Shown one piece after another: positions 31,466-41,780 of a stretch of DNA of 64,000 bases; within the stretch, counting starts at the first letter, position 1, and the number at the start of each line of letters is the position of its first letter. The notes under the pieces are model-generated. The model worked only from the letters and a program-made list of their open reading frames with translations, was not told the origin of the DNA and made no database searches. The DNA is taken from the NCBI GenBank assembly GCA_048940445.1, contig JBHLON010000009.1, positions 22,871-86,870 on the forward strand, read 5' to 3'. The translations under genes and the position numbers were made by a program. This DNA is from Promethearchaeota archaeon. GTDB taxonomy: Archaea > Asgardarchaeota > Lokiarchaeia > Sigyniarchaeales > SOKP01.

Positions 31466-31651
31466 TTATTTTTTTATAGCTTTCTTGACGGCATTAAGGG
31501 TTTCGGTTGGGATAGGATCCATGTTATGAGCCCATTTAGCATGATTCCCAATATGTTTCATTAATTCATTTTCTGTCCCTGCTTCCACTTTAAAGCCGCA
31601 GTCAATACCAACGTCAGCACACGCAAATTTTGGCACTTCTAAATACCTCAA
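31466..31651 (-). CDS. DUF1059 small metal-binding protein
   Basis: F.C.D.G.DC.F...A.TE.EL.....HA...H pattern. Confidence 0.85.
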   Translation of the reverse strand: MRYLEVPKFACADVGIDCGFKVEAGTENELMKHIGNHAKWAHNMDPIPTETLNAVKKAIKK

Positions 31652-32158
31652 TTATTATTATTTTTTATAATAATCTGGTAAAACAGCATATTTATGGATT
31701 ATATTTATATAACATAACACTATTTAGATTTTCATTAATATAGATAAAGTGTTAGAATTCTTACAATAATTATTTAGAAAAAACAGCTAGACAAACTTAT
31801 CCATAAATATCAAGCAAATTAATATTTTAAAATAGATGAAGATTTAGTCCCACCATCATTGCTTTAGGTACAGAAAATTAACACCAAATTTTTCCAAAAG
31901 ATGATTAGAATTAAATTTTTTGCGTTAATCCTTGCTTTGATTACATAATTCATTTTGGGAGCACTTTTATATTAAAAAATTCTATTTGGACAGCAGTTAA
32001 TTAAGCTCAAAATAAAAAATCTGAATTGAATTTATAGACGCCCAATCAATCTCGGATGATATTTGAAATAGACATGAGAGTCTACCTATGTCTGATTACT
32101 AAGCCTTTTAATGAACTAAATGGTTCCAATCAACATATTATTCCCAGATTTTTATTGT

Positions 32159-32692
32159 TCACACCTTCCAGAGGAGACTAGAATAATCATTTTCTATATT
32201 AAGCTGATCTAAAAGCACTGACACTCCACCTCGGTGATGGGTTTCATGATTGAAAAGATGCGACAAAATATGCCATATGATATATTCAAATTTCCCTCGG
32301 CGCCCTTCAACTACAATTTTAGTGGAATACTCAGAAGCGGGGAGAGATTTAACCGTGCGTTCTATCATATCATCAATTTCTGAGCGAACACCTTTATACT
32401 CATCTAGAGTTTTCCAATAAAGCTTATCTGGGGGAAGACGTTCAGTAGGAAAGCGCTCTAAGAGAGACGGTATAAAATCCAGGCTCGAGATATGAGTTCC
32501 CAAAACTCGAAGCCATCCTATATCAGCATGTAATTGGTGGTTCAGGAGCCCCATAATAGACAAATAATAGGATCCAAGATCTTCAGTCAATTTATTTGAT
32601 TCAACTCCTTCTAAAACTTTAATCATATCAATATTTGTGAGTTTATTATATTTAGAGAATAATTCAAAAACAGTTTTTATATCATCTACCAT
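32159..32692 (-). CDS. DinB family protein
   Basis: YN..N, SI.G.LNH...AD..WL and HLFNHETHHRG motifs. Confidence 0.9.
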   Translation of the reverse strand: MVDDIKTVFELFSKYNKLTNIDMIKVLEGVESNKLTEDLGSYYLSIMGLLNHQLHADIGWLRVLGTHISSLDFIPSLLERFPTERLPPDKLYWKTLDEYKGVRSEIDDMIERTVKSLPASEYSTKIVVEGRRGKFEYIIWHILSHLFNHETHHRGGVSVLLDQLNIENDYSSLLWKV

Positions 32693-32775
32693 TTATGTTT
32701 ACCTCCTTTTCATAATAATTAATTATTTTTAACAAAGATCATTTAATTTTCTTAAATATTAATAATATTCTCTTA

Positions 32776-33348
32776 ATGTTTATAATGTCTAAATCAAACA
32801 ACATTGAAATAAAGAATGAAGAATTGCCACGTCCTGGATCGGTTTTATATAACTTCCATTATCAGGATGAGGCATCTATAATAAAAACTTTAAAGCGATG
32901 GAAAAAATTAAATAAGTATTTGATGGTTCCATTATATCGAATAAGATTTTTGCAATTATTTGGGTTTGGAAGAATATTTCTCATTTTAAAGACCAAAGGA
33001 TGGAAAACGGGTAAAGTAAGAAGAACTCCATTAGAATATAGAAAGTTTGAAGGTATTATTACTATCTTTGCTGCAAGGGGCGAAAATGCAAATTGGGTTA
33101 AAAACTTAAGAGCAAGTCCAGATGATATATCAGTTATTTGTGGATTCCGTCATTTCAAACCACGTATAGAGTTTATCTCCGAAGATAACCGTAAGAAGCT
33201 AATCATGAAATGGTACGTGACGAAGTATAGTAAAGCAGCAAATGTATTATTTGGATGGAATCCTAAAACAGATGATCCTGAATCCATTGATTTCTCTAAA
33301 TTAACGAATTTAATTTCAATACTCTTACTTCATAAATCTGGAAAATAG
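32776..33348 (+). CDS. Deazaflavin (F420)-dependent nitroreductase/DDN-like protein
   Basis: LILKTKGWKTGKVRRTPL and NWVKNLRA.P motifs. Confidence 0.8.
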   Translation: MFIMSKSNNIEIKNEELPRPGSVLYNFHYQDEASIIKTLKRWKKLNKYLMVPLYRIRFLQLFGFGRIFLILKTKGWKTGKVRRTPLEYRKFEGIITIFAARGENANWVKNLRASPDDISVICGFRHFKPRIEFISEDNRKKLIMKWYVTKYSKAANVLFGWNPKTDDPESIDFSKLTNLISILLLHKSGK

Positions 33349-33401
33349 GTTATCTTGGTTTCATATATGTTCTTATTCCATTTTACGGATATCTTCTAAT
33401 T

Positions 33402-34289
33402 TTAATCACTAATCTTTCCTGCAATAAATTTAAAAAATAAACCCCAATTTTTTATGTGAACAAACAATGCAGGAGTGACTTTTCTATATTCTTTATAGGA
33501 ATTCCCAAATCTATTAATTAATTCTTTTTCCTCTACAAAATAAATGTGAATATTCATTCCTAAGTATAATATCAGAAAGAATGAAATTGAATAAATGTTT
33601 AATTGAATAATCATTACACCTAAGCAAATCAATATGACCGCACTATATGCTGGATGTCGTAATATTGAATAAATTTTATGATTTTGTAATTCACTTTCTT
33701 CTGGGAAATAGAGATAGGTAACAGTCATATAGTCAATTCCAAAAGTCTCTAAGGCTCGATACATTTGTATAATACCTACTATGCACAAAAAACTTCCTAA
33801 AAAAAAGCGGATATATCCAAAGAAAAGAGAGATTGGAGAAAGATATGATGTTAAAGGAGTTATGAATATCGAGAAAGGAAATTGAGACCAGAAATTAGGA
33901 TTCCATTCATAAAACGGTATCAAAGTATTTACTACAATGCTAAAAATAATGACAACTCCTCCCAATCCTATCAGAAATATCTTTTGATATGATAATCGAC
34001 CATACTTAACCTTTAAACGATCTCGCCGATGCCACATTTGATATATTAATAATATTGCAAGAGATCCCATCAAAATCACTCCTAATGCTGGAAAACTAAT
34101 GAGGAAATATTTGAATTCTCCGTTAATAGGAATTAAAGATGGTAATAAGTCAAAATAAATTTGAAATAATAAACTAAGACTAAAAACCAAAAAACAATAG
34201 ATAGGTAAAATTATTATTTTTTTGCCAGAAAATTTTGGTATCCTTTCTCGAAATTTTTTTATTCCTTTCAACTTCAAATTCTTCACCAT
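33402..34289 (-). CDS. ICMT/PEMT-family membrane methyltransferase with an N-terminal TM extension
   Basis: IYSILRHPAY and EEKELINRFG.SY.EY....P motifs. Confidence 0.85.
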   Translation of the reverse strand: MVKNLKLKGIKKFRERIPKFSGKKIIILPIYCFLVFSLSLLFQIYFDLLPSLIPINGEFKYFLISFPALGVILMGSLAILLIYQMWHRRDRLKVKYGRLSYQKIFLIGLGGVVIIFSIVVNTLIPFYEWNPNFWSQFPFSIFITPLTSYLSPISLFFGYIRFFLGSFLCIVGIIQMYRALETFGIDYMTVTYLYFPEESELQNHKIYSILRHPAYSAVILICLGVMIIQLNIYSISFFLILYLGMNIHIYFVEEKELINRFGNSYKEYRKVTPALFVHIKNWGLFFKFIAGKISD

Positions 34290-34388
34290 AAGGTTTTAAG
34301 TGTTTTAATCATTCGTAGTTCAAGGAAAAATATTTAATATCCCAAAAATCAATTACTTATCTTAAAAATAAATATATCCATTATAAAA

Positions 34389-34847
34389 TTAAATAATTGA
34401 TTTATCCCCAAAATATCCAATAAAAAGTAAAACTAAGATAATACTGCAGAAGAATAGCTCAAAAAATCCAAACGGAATAAAAATTATATCCATTATCATT
34501 GTAAGAATTATACTTATTATCCCAATATAAAACCCCCACATTAAATTTTTAAATATACCTATTGTGGATACAATTCGCATAAAAGTAAAACTTAGGAAGA
34601 AAGGTAAAAAGAAAAAAGGTTGATTTAATAGAACTTCCTGGATTTCAGGGATAATTAACCCCAAACTAATATAAAGATTTGGAGCAAGCTTTAAAATTAT
34701 TAAGGATAAAAAAATACAATCGCTTATTTCAATTATGGAATAGATCAAAAAAGAAATTCCTACAATAAGCATGTACCTATTTCTCATTATATTTTTATTA
34801 ATGAATTGCTTTGTTTTTAGATCTTTTTCAATATCCGTTGCTTTCAT
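34389..34847 (-). CDS. Hypothetical membrane protein (about 4 TM)
   Basis: Hydrophobic ORF co-oriented between two ICMT-family genes. Confidence 0.7.
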   Translation of the reverse strand: MKATDIEKDLKTKQFINKNIMRNRYMLIVGISFLIYSIIEISDCIFLSLIILKLAPNLYISLGLIIPEIQEVLLNQPFFFLPFFLSFTFMRIVSTIGIFKNLMWGFYIGIISIILTMIMDIIFIPFGFFELFFCSIILVLLFIGYFGDKSII

Positions 34848-34876
34848 ATATGATCAAACTCACTTGATTATCAAAT

Positions 34877-35488
34877 TTATTTTCTCAGTTTAGGAAACAA
34901 TGCTCCAGTACTTTTTTGGTATTCTCGATACTTATCACCGAAACGTTCAATGAGATCTTTTTCCTCATAATGAATCATGATTGGAATATAAATGATTATG
35001 AATAATGATGAAATTACTACTAAAAACCATGAATTGAATGCAAAACTAAGTGCGGGAAAAAGAGGAAATTCTCCTAATGATTGGGGATGTCGAATATATC
35101 TATAGATCCCTCCATACATTTCAGTTTCCTTCGATGGACTAAGAGTTTCAGATCCAGCAGCCTTAATACCTAAGAACAATAAAATGCAACATGGTATAGC
35201 TATACAAATTCCTATAGTAATTCCAATCCAAATGTTAGGACTTATTACCCATGTATCTACAATAGGTAAGGGAAACCAGATCCAGACAAACAAATTAACT
35301 ATTGAGATTAATTCAAGCAATCCTCCAATACTTCGAAACTTTTTACAATCTTTCCATGCCTTTTCACCAAATTTTTTCGATCTTTTAATCGGTTGGATAC
35401 TTAAGATATATAAATAACTCATAACAACACAAGAGACTATAAAGGAACTAAAATTTATTATAGAGACAATCATATTTACACTACTCAT
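34877..35488 (-). CDS. ICMT/PEMT-family membrane methyltransferase
   Basis: GGIYRYIRHPQ.LG and EEKDLIERFGDKYREYQK.TG..FP motifs. Confidence 0.88.
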   Translation of the reverse strand: MSSVNMIVSIINFSSFIVSCVVMSYLYILSIQPIKRSKKFGEKAWKDCKKFRSIGGLLELISIVNLFVWIWFPLPIVDTWVISPNIWIGITIGICIAIPCCILLFLGIKAAGSETLSPSKETEMYGGIYRYIRHPQSLGEFPLFPALSFAFNSWFLVVISSLFIIIYIPIMIHYEEKDLIERFGDKYREYQKSTGALFPKLRK

Positions 35489-35592
35489 CTAAAGATTTAC
35501 AATTCATACTTATTACTTGTTATCACCAAAAAGAATTCTTTGATATATAAATATGCATAATAGAGAATCTATATCATGAAAGTATTTTCGAA

Positions 35593-35614
35593 TAATACGA
35601 AAAATTTCGTATTA
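35593..35614. promoter_or_regulatory. Inverted repeat, candidate operator
   Basis: TAATACGAAA-AA-TTTCGTATTA, with perfect 10-bp arms, between the ICMT genes and a divergent wHTH regulator. Confidence 0.55.
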
Positions 35615-35684
35615 ACTCAAAATTTTCAACCATTTACTCAGATTGCTCTCTTAGAAAAAGAAATGGATTTAACGAAGATTTTTC

Positions 35685-36551
35685 TTGATATCTATATTAA
35701 TCCTAATAATGAATGAGTTTGAACTAGATAGTAATTTAGTTGGGCTATTTAAATCGAAAAAAAGTTTAAAAATTCTTGACTTTTTCATGAATAATCATGA
35801 TTTTTTTCATTTTAATGAGATTGCTAACCAATTAAAAATTAGACCCTCCACCTTAGAATATCATATTAAACGATTAACAGATCTTGGATTATTAATACAC
35901 ATAAAAAATCAATACAGAAGTAATGCATATACCAAATTGATCTGGATTGCTTTTCATAATCTCTCTAAATTAGAACCCCTTATTCCTTTTTTGAAAACTC
36001 ATAATCTACCCATAAATAATGCCAGATTGATAAATCAATTATTTAGTTTGGAATTAAAAGTCATACCAGACATGATCTCATTACTTACTTTGATGAAAGA
36101 CAAACTTGCCAAAAATATCTTAAAAATTCAGCTCGCAGGAATTTTTGACCTTAGATTAGAAGAGAAGATGATGCGTTTTAGTGAATTGGATTTTAAAATC
36201 GAAGGGATTGAAATAATCACTAATTATGAGAACTTTATTAAATTCATTAATTACGAAAATTTTGAATATTTCTTATCCTTTTCAAAATTAGAAAATATTA
36301 AGCTTTTTTTGATTGATGAATGCAACTTTTATATAGCTATCGCGGATAATATTGGAATTCTTTTTTTACCAAAAGTAAATAACATTATAGATTTTCAGCA
36401 ATGCTTATTATTTGAAGGTGAGAATAATCTTCAGTGGCTAAAAGAAACATTCGAATGGTTAAAAAATCAGTCAAGAAATATTACATTAACAGAAGGTTTT
36501 ATTGAAGACAAGGACCTTTTCATAAAGTATCTCCATGAAATAATAAATTAA
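35685..36551 (+). CDS. ArsR-like winged-HTH regulator with a DUF1724-like C-terminal domain (start probably ATG 35709)
   Basis: FNEIANQLKIRPSTLEYHIKRL.D.GLL HTH; C-terminal ...LQWLKETFEW.K..S. Confidence 0.75.
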   Translation: MISILILIMNEFELDSNLVGLFKSKKSLKILDFFMNNHDFFHFNEIANQLKIRPSTLEYHIKRLTDLGLLIHIKNQYRSNAYTKLIWIAFHNLSKLEPLIPFLKTHNLPINNARLINQLFSLELKVIPDMISLLTLMKDKLAKNILKIQLAGIFDLRLEEKMMRFSELDFKIEGIEIITNYENFIKFINYENFEYFLSFSKLENIKLFLIDECNFYIAIADNIGILFLPKVNNIIDFQQCLLFEGENNLQWLKETFEWLKNQSRNITLTEGFIEDKDLFIKYLHEIIN

Positions 36552-36847
36552 AAATCAAATACCTATTGTTCTATTTAAATTTCAAACTTATTTGTAATAA
36601 TCGGCACTTTTAAAATTTAAAACTTTAAACTTTTTATTTTCTTATCCTGTTCAACTATAACTAAACCCATTTGTTTTCATAAGTTTTTACAAATTCTCAC
36701 TTCTTATAAAGCTTTTCTTCACAAAAAGAGATTAGTCCTAACTTATAAATCAATAATTTATAGTTAAAATATTAATTTACTAAAAAACGTCCTAAACCTT
36801 AAACTATTCCCAAAAAAATACTCACTTTTCTACAGTAAAAAAGTAAT

Positions 36848-36872
36848 ATTTTGTCAAACCTAAATTTATATA
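36848..36872. promoter_or_regulatory. TATA box with an adjacent imperfect DtxR-like half-palindrome upstream of feoA
   Basis: TTTATATA at 36865-36872, directly preceded by ATTTTGTCAAACCTAAAT (reverse complement ATTTAGGTTTGACAAAAT). Further CCTAA copies at about 36737 and 36791. Confidence 0.3.
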
Positions 36873-36923
36873 TAATGAAATATTACTAATAATTGATGAG
36901 TTCATGGCTTAAGGTGAAAAAGA

Positions 36924-37220
36924 ATAATAAATTCTAAATCTGAGGATAAATTCAAAAGGAAAAAAACTGAAGATTCTCTAATTAAATGTTTAACTGAATG
37001 TGAAAAAGGTGAAACTGTAACAATAGTAAATGTTAGTGCTGGTCGTAGGGCAAAAATGCGTCTTGCAAACTTAGGAATTATACCTGGGGTAGAAATTAAA
37101 AAAATGAAGTCTGCTCCATTAAGAGGACCAGTAGAGATAATCGTGAAAGGATCCTCAATCGTGCTTGGAAGAGGGATCGCGTCAAAAATTATCGTTAGCT
37201 GTAATAAAGAATGTAAATAA
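36924..37220 (+). CDS. feoA: Ferrous iron transport protein A; not in the ORF track, apparent ATA start
   Basis: Translation ..CLTECEKGETVTIVNVSAGRRAKMRLANLGIIPGVEIKKMKSAPLRGPVEIIVKGSSIVLGRGIASKIIV. In-frame TGA at 36915; SD AGGTGA (36912-36917) followed by ATA ATA. Confidence 0.88.
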   Translation: MINSKSEDKFKRKKTEDSLIKCLTECEKGETVTIVNVSAGRRAKMRLANLGIIPGVEIKKMKSAPLRGPVEIIVKGSSIVLGRGIASKIIVSCNKECK

Positions 37221-37284
37221 AGAAAATTTCCACTCTAATTTTAATATATTAAGTTATATAATGGGATATTACTGAGCATAGGTT

Positions 37285-39417
37285 ATGAGTTGTCATTTAC
37301 CTAATAAACCTAAACAAAAAAACGTATATGAAAAGTCAATAAATATTGCATTAGCTGGTAATCCAAATGTCGGTAAATCAGTCATATTTAATCAGTTAAC
37401 AGGGCTCTCACAAACGATAGGAAATTGGCCCGGAAAAACAGTAGAAAAAATGGAAGGATATTTAGATTTTCAAGGGTACCATTTTAATATTGTTGATTTA
37501 CCCGGAATTTATTCATTGTCAACATACAGTATAGAAGAAATTGTGAGTAGAGAGTTTATTGTTTCCGAAGATGTTGATATCATCATAAATGTTATTGATG
37601 GTACTAATCTTGAACGTAATCTATTTTTCACGTTCCAACTTTTAGAGTTACACGTTCCAATGATCCTTGCAATAAACCAAATGGATATTTTACACAAGAG
37701 AAATATAGATTTAGATTTTGATAAATTAGAGGATTTTTTCCAATTACCAGTTATGCCTGTTATTGCAGTACATGGGAAAGGCGTTCATCAACTTCTCGAA
37801 AAGGCAATAGAAATGCTAGTAGATCACCATTACCACCTACACCATCATGAAAATAAGAACAAGTGGAGGAAAGAACATCATCAGAGCCATTTTCATGAAA
37901 AAGTTGAAAAACGATCTTCATCAAATCGTAAGTTTATCTTTCCCGAATTAACAGATTTACTATCTTTCGGAAAAGAAGTTGAGATAAAAATTAAAGAACT
38001 CATAAAATTCTTTAAATCTAATCCAAACTCAATATCTAATCTTCACTATCCTTTGCGATTTTTAGCAATAAAACTTATAGAAAATGATGAAGAAATTCAA
38101 AAACTATTTCTAAATAATGAACTCTCTTCGAAGGCAATCCAAAAAGCAAATGATTTAAGAAATGAACTTGAAGTGCTTCATGGTGAAGAAATTGGTACTA
38201 TTATCTCTTCAGAAATTTATAATAATATTAATAAAGTTATACAACAAGTTCTAATTGTAAAATCGGGAAAAAATGCTAGGAAAATATCAATTGCAGATAA
38301 ACTAGATCATGTTACCACTCATTCCATATTTGGATACGTTATCTTAATTGTAGTAGTAATATTAATCTATATGTTTACTTTTTCAGTAGGAAATTTTCTT
38401 GGCGAATTAATAGATAATTGGTATGTGACTTGGACTGGTGGAATTCATTCATTATTTGGGGAAAACAATTTACTCATAAAGATTTTTTGGGATGGAGGAA
38501 TGGGGGGATTTTTAGGAGCAATTGGAGGAGTCTTAGTTTATGTAGTTCCATTTTTCTTCATAATTGAAATTTTGCAAGACTCTGGTTATTTACCACGTGC
38601 TGCATTTTTAATGGATAGGATCATGCACGTAATTGGAGTTCACGGAAAAACAATTATTCCGATGATACTCGGGTTTGGCTGTAATGTACCCGCTTGTGCT
38701 GGTTGTAGAATTATGGAGACTGAACGAGAAAAAAAAATATCAATTGCCTTGACTTCTCTTATACCTTGTGCTGCAACGATGACAGTTGTTATGGGACTGG
38801 TGGGACGATACTTGGGATTTGGATGGATTATTGTTCTTTTTGTGATAAATTTTTCAGTAATCTTAATTGTCGGTAGGATTTTAAATAAAACAATGCCTGG
38901 AGAGTGTACAGAATTGATTATGGAAATGCATGATTATCGCATGCCAAATTATAATGTAATAGTAAAACAGACGTGGTTAAGAAGTAAAGAATTTATTTAT
39001 AGAGCGCTTCCAATAATAATTATTTTAGGGATAGCTTTAGAAATACTATTGATTTTTAATGCGTTAGAACCAATAAATATAGTTTTATATCCAATATCCG
39101 TATTGTGGTTGGGTTTACCTGCTGCTGCTGGTATTTTTTTAATATATGGAATCTTACGTAAGGAATTAACACTAGTTCTTCTAGCTCTTTTTGCAGAGAA
39201 TTTGGGACTTTCTGTATTACAACTTCTAACTCCCGTTCAGATGATTGTATTTAGTTTGGTAACTATGCTTTACATTCCATGTTTCGCAACGATCATCATT
39301 ATTGCTAAACAAACGAATTGGAAATATGCACTACAGATTTCAGTGATGGAAATTGGCATAGCCTTACTTATTGGAGGTATTATTAACTGGGGATATATTA
39401 TTTTTTCATCTTTGTGA
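37285..39417 (+). CDS. feoB: Ferrous iron transporter B with a His-rich insertion
   Basis: GNPNVGKS, GNWPGKTVE, DLPGIYSL, NQMD, DSGYLPRAAF.MD, GFGCNVPA and LYIPC motifs. Confidence 0.96.
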   Translation: MSCHLPNKPKQKNVYEKSINIALAGNPNVGKSVIFNQLTGLSQTIGNWPGKTVEKMEGYLDFQGYHFNIVDLPGIYSLSTYSIEEIVSREFIVSEDVDIIINVIDGTNLERNLFFTFQLLELHVPMILAINQMDILHKRNIDLDFDKLEDFFQLPVMPVIAVHGKGVHQLLEKAIEMLVDHHYHLHHHENKNKWRKEHHQSHFHEKVEKRSSSNRKFIFPELTDLLSFGKEVEIKIKELIKFFKSNPNSISNLHYPLRFLAIKLIENDEEIQKLFLNNELSSKAIQKANDLRNELEVLHGEEIGTIISSEIYNNINKVIQQVLIVKSGKNARKISIADKLDHVTTHSIFGYVILIVVVILIYMFTFSVGNFLGELIDNWYVTWTGGIHSLFGENNLLIKIFWDGGMGGFLGAIGGVLVYVVPFFFIIEILQDSGYLPRAAFLMDRIMHVIGVHGKTIIPMILGFGCNVPACAGCRIMETEREKKISIALTSLIPCAATMTVVMGLVGRYLGFGWIIVLFVINFSVILIVGRILNKTMPGECTELIMEMHDYRMPNYNVIVKQTWLRSKEFIYRALPIIIILGIALEILLIFNALEPINIVLYPISVLWLGLPAAAGIFLIYGILRKELTLVLLALFAENLGLSVLQLLTPVQMIVFSLVTMLYIPCFATIIIIAKQTNWKYALQISVMEIGIALLIGGIINWGYIIFSSL

Positions 39418-39425
39418 AGTTCTAA

Positions 39426-40091
39426 TTATTTTTTCAGCAAAATTATCTGAAAAACACTTAAGAACTTTTTAATAGGAATTTGTTTTAATGGTTTAAAACC
39501 AGATATTTTTAGTTCTTTCAATATATTTCTCTGCATTTCGAACGAATGGGAAGTTAACTTTTCAATAAAACCCAGATAAAAGTTATAAAATAGTCTCAGT
39601 GAACTTTTGGTAGGTTCATGATGTTCAAAAATTAAAAATGTACCTCCACTTTTCAATACCCTATACACTTCAGATAACACATTGAGTCTTTGTTCCTTTT
39701 CCATCTCATGTAAAGCAGCTGAAATGATAACATGATCAAAGTACTCATTTGAAAATTTTAATCTATTTGCATCCATTACCTTAAATTCTAAGTTAGGATA
39801 TCTATTTTTCTCTCGTGCTCTGGCGATTTGACCAGAAGATAAGTCCACTCCTATAATTTCACAATCCTTATATAGCAATTTTGCGAGTAAAATGGGTAAT
39901 GTGCCAGTTCCACAGCATAAGTCTAAGACTCGGTCCTTTCTTTGAATGAATGGAGCCAAATTTAGAAACACACTAGTTCGAAGTATACTTTCTCCAACTG
40001 GAGTTAAACCGATTTTTAATCCAATATCATAAAATTGAGAAATAAATTGATTGTATACTTGTTTATATCGTTCTGATTGATATTTTGCCAT
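39426..40091 (-). CDS. Class I SAM methyltransferase (UbiE-like)
   Basis: VLDLCCGTG, GVDLS, ALHEM and EVYRVLKSGG motifs. Confidence 0.9.
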   Translation of the reverse strand: MAKYQSERYKQVYNQFISQFYDIGLKIGLTPVGESILRTSVFLNLAPFIQRKDRVLDLCCGTGTLPILLAKLLYKDCEIIGVDLSSGQIARAREKNRYPNLEFKVMDANRLKFSNEYFDHVIISAALHEMEKEQRLNVLSEVYRVLKSGGTFLIFEHHEPTKSSLRLFYNFYLGFIEKLTSHSFEMQRNILKELKISGFKPLKQIPIKKFLSVFQIILLKK

Positions 40092-40197
40092 CTTGAGGTA
40101 TTATTATGTCATTTTGAACATTTTAATAGTAAATAAAAAACAGAATTAAATATTGAAAAAAACTCTGTTTATTTAATATAAATAAAAGCAATGGAAC

Positions 40198-40884
40198 ATG
40201 AAAAGAGACCAAAAACTTACAGATCATTTAATTCGATTCGCACATAAAATCGGCATTGATCTGATTGGTTTTGCGCATCCTAAAGGATATGAACGATTTA
40301 AAAAGGAGAACAGACCAGAAACTTTCTTAGAAAATGTAAATACTGTAATCGTAATTGGAATTCATGTATATGATATTATTCTTGACGCTTGGAGTCAAGA
40401 TCAAGCTACTGGTAAAAGTTTTCACTATTTAGATTCAATATTAGAAAGTCGAGCATACCGAATAAAGGATTTTTTATTTCAAAAAACATATAACTCTATT
40501 ATTCTTCCTTACAGTCCGGGGCTTTTTTTAAAAGATTCAGCAGCATTAGCTGGGCTAGGTCCAATAGGGAAAAGTAATTTATTTATTAGCAAAAATTTTG
40601 GGTCTCAAGTCAGGCTAAGAGCAATAGTAACTGAAGCTCCATTAAAAACAGGAAACCCTACAATAGGGAATGAATGCTGTAAAGGATGTGAATTATGTAT
40701 TGTTAACTGTCCAGCTAAGGCTTTGACTTCAGATGGCTATAATAAACAAGCCTGCTTGTCATATAATATTGCAAATCTGAGAATGCTTTCGGATTACACC
40801 TCAATTTGGTGTAATATTTGCATAGAAATTTGTCCCTATAGCAAAAAAGGCTTGAAAAGTAATCTAAAGGGATATTTTCACTAA
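40198..40884 (+). CDS. QueG-like (epoxyqueuosine reductase family) Fe-S protein
   Basis: AALAGLGPIGKSNL......GSQVRLRAIVTEAPL, C..C..C...CPAKA and CNICIEICP motifs. Confidence 0.8.
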   Translation: MKRDQKLTDHLIRFAHKIGIDLIGFAHPKGYERFKKENRPETFLENVNTVIVIGIHVYDIILDAWSQDQATGKSFHYLDSILESRAYRIKDFLFQKTYNSIILPYSPGLFLKDSAALAGLGPIGKSNLFISKNFGSQVRLRAIVTEAPLKTGNPTIGNECCKGCELCIVNCPAKALTSDGYNKQACLSYNIANLRMLSDYTSIWCNICIEICPYSKKGLKSNLKGYFH

Positions 40885-40989
40885 ATTAAAGTGTACTCCC
40901 TATTACCTATAGTTTAAAATTATAACTTTTAAATAAAACAAAATAGTTATAAAATAATAATCTAAACTATTTCCAAATATGGTAAACCA

Positions 40990-41745
40990 ATGAGTGAAGA
41001 AAAACCAAAATCAACTAGTTTAAAACAGAATAAACTTGTGGGCCCCGGGTTGGGGTTAATTATCATGGGAGCGGCATACCTTGTGTGGTGGTTAATATTC
41101 ATAGAAAATGCGATATTAGACCCAAGATGGGCTCATAATTTTACTTATGCCATTATAATTTTAAATGTAGGTTTAGCTTGGTATCACAAGACTCCATTAT
41201 CAAGAACCACTGCCATGTTTCAATCTTTTATGCTTCCTATAACAGCTAGTGGATCCTTTAACACTGTAATTTGTATCATTGTCTCTGCAATCATCTTTAC
41301 TATTTGGATCATTATTAGTATGCTTGAAAGGACTAAAGGAAAACATTATTTGGAGGACAAATTAAGTAAAAGAGGAAATAATTGGTTGAATATGCATACC
41401 CTAATCATTGCCTGGATTCTGGTAGGACACATGGGGTTAATGTTTTTTGTTGTTCGATTACCTCTAGAAGCTCAACTATACAATTACGGCGCTACTGCTG
41501 GATATCTTATGAATTTACCACCAGAAAGTCTTGAATATTCCACTTGGGCTTTTAATATAGGGTTATTTATTCTAGTTGCAATAATGCTATGGGAACAATA
41601 TAAAATGGGTTACAATGTCCAAAATAACCCATGGCCAAGAATAAGTTTTTGGATGGTACTTATTACCATGGCAGCTTCCCTAATTGCATTGGCAATTCAA
41701 AGTGTGACGATTGGCTTTGATTGGGTAAGTGTAGTCTATGGGTAG
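40990..41745 (+). CDS. Hypothetical membrane protein (6-7 TM, several His and Trp)
   Basis: Hydrophobic segments; WAHN, NMH and VGHM motifs; no family recognised. Confidence 0.7.
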   Translation: MSEEKPKSTSLKQNKLVGPGLGLIIMGAAYLVWWLIFIENAILDPRWAHNFTYAIIILNVGLAWYHKTPLSRTTAMFQSFMLPITASGSFNTVICIIVSAIIFTIWIIISMLERTKGKHYLEDKLSKRGNNWLNMHTLIIAWILVGHMGLMFFVVRLPLEAQLYNYGATAGYLMNLPPESLEYSTWAFNIGLFILVAIMLWEQYKMGYNVQNNPWPRISFWMVLITMAASLIALAIQSVTIGFDWVSVVYG

Positions 41746-41780
41746 AGTCTTTAATAAATAAGGAGATAAAGGAAATTTAT

